From Macrostomum lignano (Eukaryota): 64,000 bases of DNA. The stretch covers positions 186,001 through 250,000 of the forward strand of contig NIVC01000288.1 of the NCBI GenBank assembly GCA_002269645.1, read 5' to 3'. Shown in pieces: positions 10,601-23,637 of this stretch (positions within the stretch are counted from its first letter, which is position 1; every line of letters begins with the position of its first letter). A model generated the notes under the pieces. It was given only the letters and a program-made list of their open reading frames with translations, was not told the origin of the DNA and searched no databases. The translations under genes and the position numbers were made by a program.

Positions 10601-13376
10601 ATTTTAGCCATTTAGGTATGCAATTTTAGGTATGCAATTTAGGTATGCAATTTTTTAAATAGCTAGGCCTGCCTAGTTTACTGTTTAGGGCCTATTTTAT
10701 TTGATTCATTATTGTTAATGAATATAATTTTTACAATACTTAAGGCTTAAGCCAAGGATGAGGTTGTTTAAAAATTATTTAATTAGGCCTATTCTAATGG
10801 TTTCATTACTGTATGTTTTTTTATATTGCAGTAGGCCTATGTAATTAAGGGGAGCAAGATAATTTCCTTGGCTTGGGTTTCCGATTCCGCCTAATAGCCC
10901 ACAACCCAACCCATCGGCCAACCCATGCAAAGCCTGCAAGTAAGATGTGAGTTATGTGACACAAAGACTAAAAGTTTTCTAGAAAACAATATTGCTAAGG
11001 GAACACTTTGCTGAAGGAAACTCCAGCGGGAAGCCCATTAGCGGGAAAACTCATAGATAGGTAATAGATTCGGCTAGTATTTATTTAAAACATTACAGAT
11101 AATAATAAAAATAAATGTTGAAGTAGTTCCAAGATAGTAGTAGTAGTAAATTTGGCTCAGGCTTAAGGAGCCTGTTTTGGCAGTATAATCTGATGTATTT
11201 AGTATTTGTTCAAAAGGTTAAATTTTTACACGAGTTACGATGCGAGTTACGATATTTGTAAAAGTAAGGTATTTGAAAGAGCGTCTAGAGTTTTATTTGT
11301 AAAAAGATGTAGTATTTTACGATTAACGATTATAAAGTCAGTTAAAAAAAGTTTTTTCTTTCTGAGAAATCTGCACTTACTTTAAACAACAAGGTTGTAT
11401 GTACAAGAAAAAAACGGTTTTTATTAGATATGAGGTAGTTACCGATTGTTATATTTCTATTAAAGTAATATATGATACATGCTAGAAACTAAGATAGTAG
11501 ACAACTGTAACGCCATTCCTTTAGCAGTTATGCTTCTGTACTTCCATTTTCTGATAATAATCCTAAATTATAATATCAGGGTTAACCTAACAAAAGCAGT
11601 TTTACTTTACATACTAAAGCAATTCAAGATGAAGCAAACATGGGCATATACCCAAGTTGTGCTAGGAGTGTTAGTGTTGAAAGAAACAAGACAGAAAACC
11701 TTGGTTAAAATTAAAAAACAAACAAAACGTGCGAAAAAACATTTGCTCTATGTAGAGCAAGAAACGCAAGTGTATTCTTTCGGTATTTTACTATTTTTCG
11801 TATAAAAGTGTTTTATACAAGAATAGTATAGAATAAAGGAGTGGTTATTTAGTCAATAGCTGCAGTCATGGCAATTGGCAAAGTTGATATGAACTTGTTT
11901 ACGAAATTGGAATATGGAAAATCAGTCCTAAAGTTAAGTTGTTAAGTTAAGTTGTGCGCATCGTTAAAAAACTGGAAAAAGAGTTTGAAACCGTAGCACT
12001 TATAAAAAATGGAATAAGAATTACTAAGACAAAATTATTACATGTATACCAATATAAAATCGGTGTACATTACAGATCGCAAATATATAACATACATGTA
12101 TATTACATTTAACGTCCATATTCATGTACATGAGCGCTTAGATAAAACGGTAAAATTGAATATTAGTTAGGCACACTAAAAACTTTCAAATAGCATGACT
12201 GCTATATGTATTTGGACTTTGAACAAAAAAATTAACAACTTCTTACAATAGACCATTACCATACCAACACTACTGTAAAGCCGAAAAAAGTTGTTATAAA
12301 AAGAATAAACTAAAATAGACCTGATTCCGAAGCCAGACAACTGAATAGCTGTAAATACCTCTTATTCTTAACGTCCATTTCTGCACTGTACATGGGGGGG
12401 TACTAAAAAATTAAAGAAAATTATTTTTCTAACAGTACTTTTCCTTGAAAGTAAAACATATTAATCTGCACAGAGGTCTAGGGATGTACATATGTACATG
12501 TACAACTGTACACTGTACTTTAGAAGTAAACACTGTACACTGTACTTTTTAGTAGCTATAAATAAATGCGAAATTCTACTGTTTGGGGCTTCACAGAGTC
12601 GCTGAAGGCGCACCTAAATAAGTTTTAAATTTAAAATCAAATAAGACGGTGGCGTTCTGAATAGAAGTAATTGGTTTCATTGATTTGCGATAATAGTACA
12701 GGAGCAAATTTAATTTGACAGCTAATAAAAAAGCGATTGCTCAATGGAAAGAAAAGTACAATGATTATATCGATAGAAAAAATAATCATGGAATTTTTAC
12801 GTGTATTAACGGCATATATCTAGCACTAGCCAAGACAGCAATTTTAGAAATCGCTTTGGTACTAAAATACTTCGTTAAAATTGATTTTGTCAAAATTGTA
12901 CTTATTTTTAATATAGGCGACCTTAATTCATTGCACTACTCGTACATCGAAACTACAAAAACTTTGGCACTTTCTTCAACAATTAATCTGAGTGTGTATA
13001 TTATTTAGATTTCTGATCTATTGAATATTTCTGGCTCGACATAAATATGTTGATTTTAATTGCTACTTACAGTAGTTGGTAGTATAGTATCTAACAGAAG
13101 GTAAAATTATGTCAACAAATGGGTTGCGATTTTTTCCCATTCTGGAATAAAATGGGTTGCGAAAATTGACAATTTTCTCCAATTCTGGACTTCCGGTGAG
13201 CAAATCAACGTGCATGGCTTCACAACTTTTGGACTTTTAAAAATAAAAATACTACCGGAGACAAGCACAATTGCTTGAAACTAATTTTGATTTCATCTTT
13301 TTTACGTCTATCTCACCCATGTACTTTTCCTACACGCATCTGAATAATATATTAATATCATTTTTTTATATATTTA

Positions 13377-13471
13377 ATAAACTCGTGTGATTGTGTGAAC
13401 CAATTTTAAATCAATGTATACTCTAGTTAATAAACTCGTGTGAACCAATTTTAAATCAATGTATACTCTAG
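13377..13471. repeat. Two-copy tandem duplication (taataaactcgtgtg..aaccaattttaaatcaatgtatactctag)
   Basis: Near-identical ~45-50 bp units adjacent to each other. Confidence 0.8.
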
Positions 13472-14289
13472 ATACGCTTTAAAAAAACCCAGAAGTTGAG
13501 AAAATAATCTATTAATTAAAAATTTATCTCACAGAGGAATTCCAAAGCTAAATCTCAAACCTCTAATATTTTTGCTTGTATTTTTTGCGCGATGCTATCC
13601 AGCCTATCCTTCGTTGTTAATCGAATTGTGCCAGAAATATTTGTTAAACTATTTTTGAGAACAGCACTATTAAGGTCACCTACAGAACATTTTTGTTAAA
13701 ACTGTTAACTTGTTTAACTTCTAAACACTTCTTTAGAGTATCAAATATTAATATCAAGCAGCTAGTCTGCATACAAGCTTAAAATGTTACTACATTGTTT
13801 AATCCCTGCTTTTTATACTTTGTAAAATAAAAAGGCAAATAAAGAGGAACTCGCGAACAGCGGAATGTGTATTTACACAACACGAGAGAGCTACTGACGA
13901 TGCGAGACAGTAGACAGCCACAAAAATGAGAGAGAAGTCAAAAAGAAAGAAGATAGTATTCGACTGATACTATAGTAACAGTCGAATATAGATCAATTAT
14001 AGACATGGATGATGATAATTTTTTTTAGATCAAATTGGACTTCGACACTTCGTACAGCTCTTACAGTAGTTAAAATCACTGCAACATTCTATGCTGAGAA
14101 AGGGATGGAACAATTTCACAACTCTTTCAGTAAATATACGTACGCTCGTAATAACTAATTTGTTGAAGCACAAGCAAGCTCAGACGCGAAAAAAGCAAAA
14201 CAAAAGCAACTTCAAGAAAACAACTGACTACTAAATGTTCATGCAGACACCGAATCGAAGGATGCAATGAATTATAGAGAGGTGAGACT

Positions 14290-14615
14290 GTGTTGTCCAA
14301 TTAGACAAGACCCGCACTGTACTATACAACAACCACCTCACTCCGGGGCGCCGCTTTTTAAGATAAACTAGCCTCGTCCTGATATAAGCTGTTCTAATTG
14401 GCTAAGCCGTTCAAGCCAGACTCTAGTCCAGAAACTAAAGTGAAAACTGAATCCTGCGCTGCGCAGCAGCGATTGGTCTTCACGCTTCCCCACAAATTCT
14501 GGCGACCAATTACAAAATGAGACCGTAATAGACAGCCACCTCACTCCGCCGCTTTTCAGTAAATCCTACTAATTGACTGAACGGTTCAAGGTCATTCACT
14601 CTGCCGCTTTCCCCT
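14290..14615. promoter_or_regulatory. Candidate promoter/enhancer: clustered CCAAT boxes in a duplicated module
   Basis: CCAAT/ATTGG at ~14297, ~14397, ~14472 and ~14507; GC-rich island in AT-rich DNA; module ccacctcactccg..ccgctttt..ctaattg(g/a)ct..(c/g)gttcaag present twice. Confidence 0.4.
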
Positions 14616-15369
14616 AGCCTAGGCTAGGGCTAGACCATAATAATATTATACGAGCTATCTATATTCTACGAGCATAATTTCTCCTTATCTCGACACGACA
14701 CGATATCATCGGTTTATTATATCATCAAGGCATGAAGTAGATACTCGTAAACGGAGTTTATAGCAATACCAACCAATTCTAGCTGCTTAATTAGCTCTAA
14801 TTGATTATTTGACAAACGACACATGAACCCATCTGTGCAATCAACACGCATACAAACAAAACGAAACAAGTATCGTATAAAAAACGATAAATATCGATTA
14901 AAACAAACACACCTTTGTTTTATATAGCGCATATTTCTATGCGGGAGATAGATAAGAAGCTTAATTTTAATACAAACGACATGCTTAAAAATATTGCAAT
15001 CCAACTGACGTATAGACAATAAAAGAACTGCTAGCTTTTTGCATTAACATGCTCTGAGGCAAAAAATTGTCGACAGTATTAATAACAATAATTAGATTGA
15101 CAGCGCATGAAAGCATAACATTTATTAGTACTTGCTATTATTCGTGTGTACCACAGAAGTTTTCAAGTATATTAATCAGATAGAGAGATGACAGGCGCAA
15201 AAGATCTTTAAGAACAAAGTTTCACAAAAAGCAGATACAACGCGTATATCAGAGAAGAGATTAACTGTGCGCTATTAATTAGGTTATAAATTTCACAAAT
15301 AATCACGCGTCACACTATAATAACTCTTAGGACAAAGCAGGTTTACAATAACGAAGAAATTCAATCTAT

Positions 15370-16334
15370 TTAGACAAAGGAACTACCAGCTAGTCTAGCT
15401 GGGCCGTAACTGTACTGCTGCTGCTGCTGCTGATGCTGATGCTGTTGCGGCTGCTGGTAAGGATAAGCTATGGGCTGTGGACGCTGTTGAAACAAATGCG
15501 TCTGCTGAACCTGCTGCTGCTGCTGCTGCTGTGCGTGCTGCTGAGGGACTCCATAGGTCCGCTCGTTATCAAACGTAGTAGGCAGTTCTGGAGGTTTGGC
15601 TTTACGCAGACTGGCGTAAGTCACTTGCTGTTGTTGCTGATGACTCGGAGTGATTGCTCGGTGCTTTGCATTATTAACGCTACTCAAATCCGACGCCGTA
15701 TCCGTAGCCGAATTGCCCTCCTCTTCGTCGAAGTCGCTCATCGGATGGCGCTTCTTAAAATCCGATTCGTTATCGTCCGAACAACAGCTGCAGTCGCTGC
15801 TGCTGCAGACCGACGACTGATGACGGTGCCGATGGTGCCTGCCGCTAGAAGAGCGGTGGCGGTGATGATGGTAGTGCCGACCGCTGCTACCACCGCTAGC
15901 ACCGTAGGCGGAGGAACGGTAGGTCCCGTTCTGCCGATGGCTCGGCTTAGGCAACACGCTGGACGAAGAATAGGACACGTCAGACTGGCCGTCAGCTCCG
16001 GACATAACGCTAGCTGGACTTGGACGCGGAGTCTTCCGGTTGCCGTGTGACTGCTGGCGATGATGCAGCTGTCTTTGATGCCGTTCGTACGTGCCGTTAG
16101 CAACTGAAGACGACGAAGCTAAGCCGGAAGTAAGCGGGGGCGGCGGCGGCCCGGCGATTGAAGACGAAGCGCCAACGCCCGGATGATGGAACCTGTAGAG
16201 GCTGTTCTCGGCGTCCATGCCGATTCCGTTTGGTGGAATCGATGCTGGAACACCGGATGCGGTTGAGCCAAGAGTCATTGGATGCGCTAGGCGAGCGGCT
16301 GCCGAATCCAGATGACCATTGTGACTGTTTGTAT
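15370..16334 (-). CDS. sdk: Sidekick, last exon (cytoplasmic tail, ends GPARLAGSSFV*)
   Basis: Acceptor CAACCTCCCTCAG| at 16335/16334, phase 1, in frame with ORF 15370..16278. Terminal SSFV matches the Sidekick PDZ-binding end (vertebrate GFSSFV). Confidence 0.88.
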
Positions 16335-17226
16335 CTGAGGGAGGTTGATATGAAGGTTAATAGTTTACAGAATTTGAAAGTACACAAGTCAAGTGTAATA
16401 TATACTTTACAAGCTCAGAAATTTACAAGCGTGATACGCGTCCGAGGAGCTGAGACAAGAATGAAGTATCGAATTTATGCAATTCAGAGCAACGTAAAAT
16501 TCAATAACAAAATGACAACCAACACGACTGGTTTCATCGATTTGAAAGTCCAACCAATTGAAAGTAACATGGAGTACTGAAAACGTGAAAAAGAAAAACT
16601 GGAGGTTTAATTGCTCCAAACAGGTGCAAAAAAACTATTTCGATCGGTGTAAATTTATATTAAACAAAAACTTTAGAGGATCACGAAGCTGCATAGGCAG
16701 TGCATAGGCAATTAGGCTACTATAAGTAACTTAATTTACCTTTAAATACATTCAACTACTAACAAGTAGCAACTGTGCAACAATTTTGACTAAAGCTATG
16801 TGTTGTCATGCTTTCAAAAATGGTGTAAAACGTTGCAGATTGAAAGCATGCATTAATGGCTAGGCTTTTGTAATGAATACAGGTTAAACTATTTGCTCTA
16901 AACATGATTTTCGGTGAGTACGAATTGTATGCAATATGACATCATAGTCGTGCTGATGAAGTAAAGCGTGTTTTCAAGGGAATAATATATATATGCAACG
17001 TAATAATTGGATATTGCAAAATCAACCGGGGCAAAACGCACACTCACAGCCCAGCATGGGGAGAGTTGCGTTGCTTTGTTGAGCTGGAATTGAATTAAGC
17101 GTATAGATGGGGTAAACAGAAACTAATGCTTTCTTCGTTTCTAACATATTTCATTTCCACTCCCCTGAAAACTTCCTGACAATACTTTGCGGCTACGCAA
17201 ATACTTCGTATACCAAGTAAAAAAAC

Positions 17227-17690
17227 TTTGTTGCTATGCGTATCCAACGTCAAGAACCTTCGTTGCTATGCGTATCTAAGGAAAAAACATTTGTTGCTAT
17301 GCGTATCCAACGTCAAGAACCTTCGTTGCTATGCGTATCTAAGGGAAAAACATTTGTTGCTATGCGTATCCAACGTCAAGAACCTTCGTTGCTATGCGTA
17401 TCTAAGGAAAAAACATTTGTTGTTATGCGTATCCAACGTCAAGAACCTTCGTTGCTATGCGTATCTAAGGGAAAAACATTTGTTGCTATGCGTATCCAAC
17501 GTCAAGAACCTTCGTTGCTATGCGTATCTAAGGAAAAAACATTTGTTGCTATGCGTATCCAACGTCAAGAACCTTCGTTGCTATGCGTATCTAAGGAAAA
17601 AACATTTGTTGCTATGCGTATCCAACGTCAAGAACCTTCGTTGCTATGCGTATCTAAGGCAAAAACATTTGTGCTATGCGTATTTAAAGA
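17227..17690. repeat. Minisatellite, 63 bp unit with internal gttgctatgcgtatc duplication
   Basis: Gives the 21-aa periodic ORFs 17228..17788 and 17236..17706. Confidence 0.95.
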
Positions 17691-17755
17691 AAAAGCTATT
17701 TGCTAAGCAACCGATAAAAATAGTCTATAAAACAGCAAAGCAACTTGGCACTCAC

Positions 17756-18092
17756 CTGCATTATACTGCCGTTTGCGCAGCTTGCTAGACCGCCTTCGTC
17801 CCGATATGTACAGCAGAGTGATGACCAGATTGATGATAATCAGGCCGGCCAGTCCGAGTATGACTAGGAACCACCACTGCTCGTAGAACGGTCCCAGTCC
17901 GGAGCCGGGCGTGTACACCCAACGGCTTGGCTCGCTGGGCTCCGAGATCCCGACGTTATTAACGCCGACAACGCGCAGCTGATAGGCACCGGGCGGCGTC
18001 AGGCGCGACCAAGCGATCTGGCAGGCTGTCAGGCCAGCAGAATCGAATCGTTGCAGAGTGCGCCAGGGCTGGCCAGAGTCGCGGAGAAAACC
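17756..18092 (-). CDS. sdk: Sidekick exon: end of FN13 plus transmembrane helix
   Basis: GAYQLRVVGVNNVGISEPSEPS..PFYEQWWFLVILGLAGLIIINLVITLLYISG (cf. Sdk PFYEEWWFL). Acceptor CCGCCAG| at 18093; donor GCAG|GTGAGT at 17755. Confidence 0.92.
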
Positions 18093-18411
18093 CTGGCGGA
18101 CATTGAAGCAGATGAAATGGGATCAATGAAAGTCATATTGTGTCACTACTCGTCACAATTTGCCCATTCTGTCACTTCTCGTCTCATTCTGTCACTTCTC
18201 GTCACATTTCGTCACTCCTCATTACAATCTGTCACTCCTCATTACAATCAGTCACTCCTCATCACAGTTTGGAACTCCCGTAATCTGTTCTCTGTCACTC
18301 CTCGTCATCCTTTATCACTCTCCGTTATCATTTACATCACACCATCACCCTACCCATCACTCCGGTATCCTAATTAGCATCCAAACAAAGCCAACCTCTG
18401 ACAAGACTCAC

Positions 18412-18725
18412 CTGAACAACGGCTCCTGTAGTTGCTACCGAGCCCATGCCGTCTGTGTAGCTCCACTGCAGCGACACTCCGGCCTCAGTCTGGGCTAAGC
18501 TAGTAATCACAGGTCTACTTGGAGAGCCAGGCACGGGACCTGTGGTAGCGTTGGCCTTGCTGTCGGGTCCCCAGCCCCAGGCTGACTGAGTTTGAGCTGC
18601 CACGCGAAATTGATAATAAGCGGACTCGGCGAGGCCTTCGGCTCTGTAGCTGGTCTGGCTGGGGTCAAGGAATACTTCAACGTTGCGCTCGCCTGAACCG
18701 TCAGTTGCTAGGAGTCGAGTGAAAG
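18412..18725 (-). CDS. sdk: Sidekick exon: FN12 C-half and FN13 N-half
   Basis: YRAEGLAESAYYQFRVAAQTQSAWG..GSPSRPVITSLAQTEAGVSLQW. Acceptor CAACAACAG| phase 1; donor CAG|GTGAGT phase 0. Confidence 0.9.
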
Positions 18726-18811
18726 CTGTTGTTGTTGGGATAGAAGATAGGGTTAGTTGTTGATAAATAAGGCATAATATTGTGGTAATGGATAATAAAA
18801 GAGCAGAACCT

Positions 18812-20735
18812 TCACTTTCTGTCACTCCCTGTAACTCCATGTCCGTCACTTTCTGTCACTCCCTGTAACTCCATGCCCGTCACTTTCTGTCACTCCCTGT
18901 AACTCCATGTCCCTCACTTTCTGTCACTCCCTGTAACTCCATGTCCCTCACTTTCTGTCACTCCCTGTAACTCCATGCCCGTCACTTTCTGTCACTCCCT
19001 GTAACTCCATGCCCGTCACTTTCTGTCACTCCCTGTAACTCCATGCCCGTCACTTTCTGTCACTCCCTGTAACTCCATGCCCGTCACTTTCTGTCACTCC
19101 CTGTAACTCCATGCCCGTCACTTTCTGTCACTCCCTGTAACTCCATGTCCCTCACTTTCTGTCACTCCCTGTAACTCCATGCCCGTCACTTTCTGTCACT
19201 CCCTGTAACTCCATGCCCGTCACTTTCTGTCACTCCCTGTAACTCCATGCCCGTCACTTTCTGTCACTCCCTGTAACTCCATGCCCGTCACTTTCTGTCA
19301 CTCCCTGTAACTCCATGCCCGTCACTTTCTGTCACTCCCTGTAACTTCATATCCGTCACTTTCTGTCACTCCATGTAACTCCATGCCCGTCACTTTCTGT
19401 CACTCCCTGTAACTCCATGCCCGTCACTTTCTGTCACTCCCTGTAACTCCATGCCCGTCACTTTCTGTCACTCCCTGTAACTCCATGCCCGTCACTTTCT
19501 GTCACTCCCTGTAACTCCATGCCCGTCACTTTCTGTCACTCCCTGTAACTCCATGCCCGTCACTTTCTGTCACTCCCTGTAACTCCATGTCCCTCACTTT
19601 CTGTCACTCCCTGTAACTCCATGCCCGTCACTTTCTGTCACTCCCTGTAACTCCATGCCCGTCACTTTCTGTCACTCCCTGTAACTCCATGCCCGTCACT
19701 TTCTGTCACTCCCTGTAACTCCATGCCCGTCACTTTCTGTCACTCCCTGTAACTCCATGCCCGTCACTTTCTGTCACTCCCTGTAACTCCATGCCCGTCA
19801 CTTTCTGTCACTCCCTGTAACTCCATGTCCCTCACTTTCTGTCACTCCCTGTAACTCCATGCCCGTCACTTTCTGTCACTCCCTGTAACTCCATGCCCGT
19901 CACTTTCTGTCACTCCCTGTAACTCCATGCCCGTCACTTTCTGTCACTCCCTGTAACTCCATGCCCGTCACTTTCTGTCACTCCCTGTAACTCCATGCCC
20001 GTCACTTTCTGTCACTCCCTGTAACTCCATGTCCCTCACTTTCTGTCACTCCCTGTAACTCCATGCCCGTCACTTTCTGTCACTCCCTGTAACTCCATGC
20101 CCGTCACTTTCTGTCACTCCCTGTAACTCCATGCCCGTCACTTTCTGTCACTCCCTGTAACTCCATGCCCGTCACTTTCTGTCACTCCCTGTAACTCCAT
20201 GCCCGTCACTTTCTGTCACTCCCTGTAACTTCATATCCGTCACTTTCTGTCACTCCCTGTAACTCCATGCCCGTCACTTACTGTCACTCCCTGTAACTCC
20301 ATGCCCGTCACTTTCTGTCACTCCCTGTAACTCCATGTCCGTAACTTTTTGTCACTCCCTGTAACTCCATGCCCGTCACTTTCTGTCACTCCCTGTAACT
20401 CCATGTCCGTAACTTTTTGTCACTCCCTGTAACTCCATGCCCGTCACTTTCTGTCACTCCCTGTAACTCCATGCCCGTCACTTTCTGTCACTCCCTGTAA
20501 CTCCATGCCCGTCACTTTCTGTCACTCCCTGTAACTCCATGTCCGTAACTTTCTGTCACTCCCTGTAACTCCATTCCCGTCACTTTCTGTCACTCCCTGT
20601 AACTCCATGTCCGTAACTTTCTGTCACTCCCTGTAACTTCATATCCGTCACTTACTGTCACTCCCTGTAACTCCACGCCCGTCACTTTCTGTCACTCCCT
20701 GTAACTATATGTCGGTCACTTTCTGTCACTTCCCG
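18812..20735. repeat. Long homogeneous minisatellite, 34 bp unit (gtcactttctgtcactccctgtaactccatgccc), ~1.9 kb
   Basis: Unit visible directly in tandem, with sparse recurring variants (gtccctcact, ttcatatcc). Confidence 0.97.
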
Positions 20736-21093
20736 TAACTCCAACCCCTCTCACCACCTCTACCACTCTGTAACTCCCATGCTTTCGTAATTCACTCGAT
20801 ACTTCATGATCGATCACTTTTATTTTAATGCTCATGAAAAAAACCTGAAAATTTTAAAAGAATTTAACTGAAAGTACATAATGTACTCGTAAAATCTGAC
20901 ATTCTCATGACACGAGCTATTTTAGATGCTCATTCATTATTTCCAAAGATATTTTATTCTGTATAAAAATTCTTCCATGTCTCGAAAACTCAAACTGCAA
21001 CCATAGACAGTGCGAACTTGAAGCGACTTATATCTACCTAGCAATCAAGGTACACTAGCTCATCACATACGCGTATAGCTTGCAGAACCGAAG

Positions 21094-21409
21094 ATGTTAT
21101 TGAAGCCTAATACAGCGGAGAGGGCCACAGGCACGGGTCAAATGGCATCAGGAATAGACAGAGACTCTTGCCAACGTCAACAAGACTTGTATAGTTCAGA
21201 AAGACTGCTAATGCGAACTTATCGACTTCAGTGGGAGCGAGTCCAAGAGTTCTATTTGCCGGCAGGATGCATGTGCACTTCGCTGTGCGTTAATCCTGTT
21301 ATGGGCGAAATCATGTTCGCCTGCAGGAATAGGGGACTGCTGCACTACGCTTGGAACAGAGATCACGGCGTGGTGTACGCTGACAAGCCGTGCAGAATCA
21401 GCTACGGAG
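21094..21409 (+). CDS. Nested antisense gene A, exon 1 (uncharacterised, beta-propeller-like)
   Basis: ATG at 21094, preceded by acceptor TTGCAG| at 21085; SLCVNPVMGEIMFACRN blade-like motif; donor GGAG|GTGAGC at 21409/21410, phase 1. Confidence 0.7.
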
Positions 21410-21469
21410 GTGAGCGTGTTCTCATTATGTGTGTGTAGCATTGTCTTGTACTCGTGCCTAGTATATATA

Positions 21470-21800
21470 AGATTTGATCACTCCAGATCTAGTCACTCTA
21501 GCATTACATGTAGATTTGATCACTCCAGATCTAGTCACTCTAGCATTACATGTAGATTTGATCACTCCAGATCTAGTCACTCTAGCATTACATGTAGATT
21601 TGATCACTCCAGATCTAGTCACTCTAGCATTACATGTAGATTTGATCACTCCAGATCTAGTCACTCTAGCATTACATGTAGATTTGATCACTCCAGATCT
21701 AGTCACTCTAGCATTACATGTAGATTTGATCACTCCAGATCTAGTCACTCTAGCATTACATGTAGATTTGATCACTCCAGATCTAGTCACTCTATTAATA
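21470..21800. repeat. Minisatellite, 42 bp unit (agatttgatcactccagatctagtcactctagcattacatgt), gene A intron 1
   Basis: 14-aa periodic ORFs on both strands. Confidence 0.95.
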
Positions 21801-22061
21801 GATCTGCTCGTTCCAGTACTGCTCACTCTACTATTAGATCTGGTCACTCCAGATTTAATCACACTGGCATTCTCCATATCTAATAATTCTACATAGATCT
21901 AGTCACCCCCGACCTTGTCACTCTTTATGTAGACTTTATTTACTTCAGACTTTGACAGTCTAGACCTTGAGTCACTCTAAACCTAGCTGCTCAATCCCCT
22001 TCGCTCAGCAACTAACAGAATGCATACTTCAATAATCTTGTATATTTATTGTATATTGCAG

Positions 22062-22286
22062 AATGGGGAAATATTCGCCTGGTGAAATGCGAACAAGACA
22101 GCGGCACGTACGCTGTAGTGAACGACAACACCATGGCCCTAGTGATGATAGGCTATCAACGCTACGCTGCCCCATCGCCGCAGGCTATGATTAAAACCTC
22201 GTCTACATCCGCGTCCGACACCATTACTATTAATACTTTGAGAAATTCTTCTGCAGCCGACCCGACAGTTGAACAAACTGGTGCAG
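22062..22286 (+). CDS. Nested gene A, exon 2
   Basis: Acceptor TATATTGCAG| phase 1; EWGNIRLVKCEQDSGTYAVVND..; donor GCAG|GTGTGC phase 1. Confidence 0.65.
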
Positions 22287-22321
22287 GTGTGCATCACCTC
22301 CAAAAGTCACTCCGCTCCAAT

Positions 22322-22620
22322 GGTCACTCCGCTCCAATAGTCACTCCATGTACCTAGTCACTCCATATACCTAGTCACTCCATGTACCTAGTCACTCCAT
22401 ATACCTAGTCACTCCATATACCTAGTCACTCCATGTACCTAGTCACTCCATGTACCTAGTCACTCCATATACCTAGTCACTCCATGTACCTAGTCACTCC
22501 ATGTGCTTTGTCACTCCATGTACCTAGTCACTCCATGTGCTTTGTCACTCCATGTACCTAGTCACTCCATGTACTTTGTCACTCCATGTATCAAGTCACT
22601 CCAAAAGCCAAGTCACTCCA
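22322..22620. repeat. Minisatellite, 17 bp unit (gtcactccatgtaccta), gene A intron 2
   Basis: Unit visible directly in tandem. Confidence 0.93.
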
Positions 22621-22685
22621 TACAAAACATCACTTAGCATTTTAACTCATGCATATCCGTGAACATTACGCTTCTAAATTGCAAG

Positions 22686-23231
22686 CACCCAACCCCCACT
22701 GTGCACTAGATTCGCGCAACAATTCCATACTGCAGTCGAATTCTCCTAATAGTGCTGGATTAGAAACTGGCAACGGTGGAGGCCGCAGCGGCGGTGGAGG
22801 CGGCGGCGGAGGCGGCGGCGGAGGTGGCAACGCCAGTCAAGTGGAATGCGTCGATTTCGAAAGCCAACGGTGCTCAGTAGGCGACGTACGCGACATTCTC
22901 ATCGACACCGAGCACGAGAAAATCTACCTGCTGTACAAGGACAGGCTGTGCCGTAGACTTTACCCGACATGCGAGGATATTGCGAAGTGGCGCCTAGTAA
23001 AACAGTGAACAAATGCATCGGGAGCGAGTTGGTCTGCATAGCGCAGAGCAAACGGATGCTCTACCTGTTAACTCAATCTGGCGACGTGAAATTTCGTCTC
23101 AAATTGGACAAGATGACCGGATATAAGCTGGAGCAGTTAATCTGGAGGCCGATTGGTGAACGACTAAGGCGACTTGTGCCGAAAAGAAAGGAAGCCTTAA
23201 GTATTTATGGCAGCGTGTCTAGGAAGCTACA
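22686..23231 (+). CDS. Nested gene A, exon 3 (frame break at AAAA 22999-23002)
   Basis: Acceptor TTGCAAG| phase 1; poly-Gly; DILIDTEHEKIYLLYKD, then LVCIAQSKRMLYLLTQSGDV in the shifted frame; donor CA|GTAAGT phase 2 in the shifted frame. Confidence 0.6.
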
Positions 23232-23389
23232 GTAAGTAGTCACTGACCATCGATAAACGATTTTTTTGGGTAGATGAGTTAAAAGTTTTCGAGCATTTTT
23301 TCGAACGCTGTCTTAAAATGTCTTAATGTACATGCTTAGTGAAATAGAGAGCGCGTAAATTGAGCTATTTTTAGAGCGTGTGTACATTT

Positions 23390-23560
23390 ACTAAAAATAG
23401 CTCAATGTACACGCTTTTTAAAAATAGCTCAATGCACACGCTTTCTAAAAATAGCTCAATGCACACGCTTTCTAAAAATAGCTCAATGCACACGCTTTCT
23501 AAAAATAGCTCAATGCACACGCTTTCTAAAAATAGCTCAGCGTACACGCCTTCTAAAAAT
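23390..23560. repeat. Minisatellite, 27 bp unit (aaaaatagctcaatgcacacgctttct), gene A intron 3
   Basis: 9-aa periodic ORFs 23371..23577 and 23378..23584. Confidence 0.9.
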
Positions 23561-23637
23561 AGTACATTCTCAGGCACAACATAAATTTAGTTAACCTCAA
23601 CAAAGCTAGATTTTTTTCTATTTTAAACTTCACACAG

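Noticed and set aside
11479-15019. AT-rich ORFs 11479..11805, 12715..13008 and 14717..15019
   Set aside because: I/L/K/F-biased composition typical of chance ORFs in AT-rich DNA; no recognisable motifs.
781-16580. Antisense ORFs over CDK8, Topors and sdk (e.g. 781..1044, 15433..16050, 16158..16580)
   Set aside because: Shadow frames of GC-rich coding exons; no independent evidence.
18812-20735. CRISPR-like appearance of the long regular arrays
   Set aside because: Units are contiguous with no unique spacers, there are no cas genes, and the context is a eukaryotic intron.
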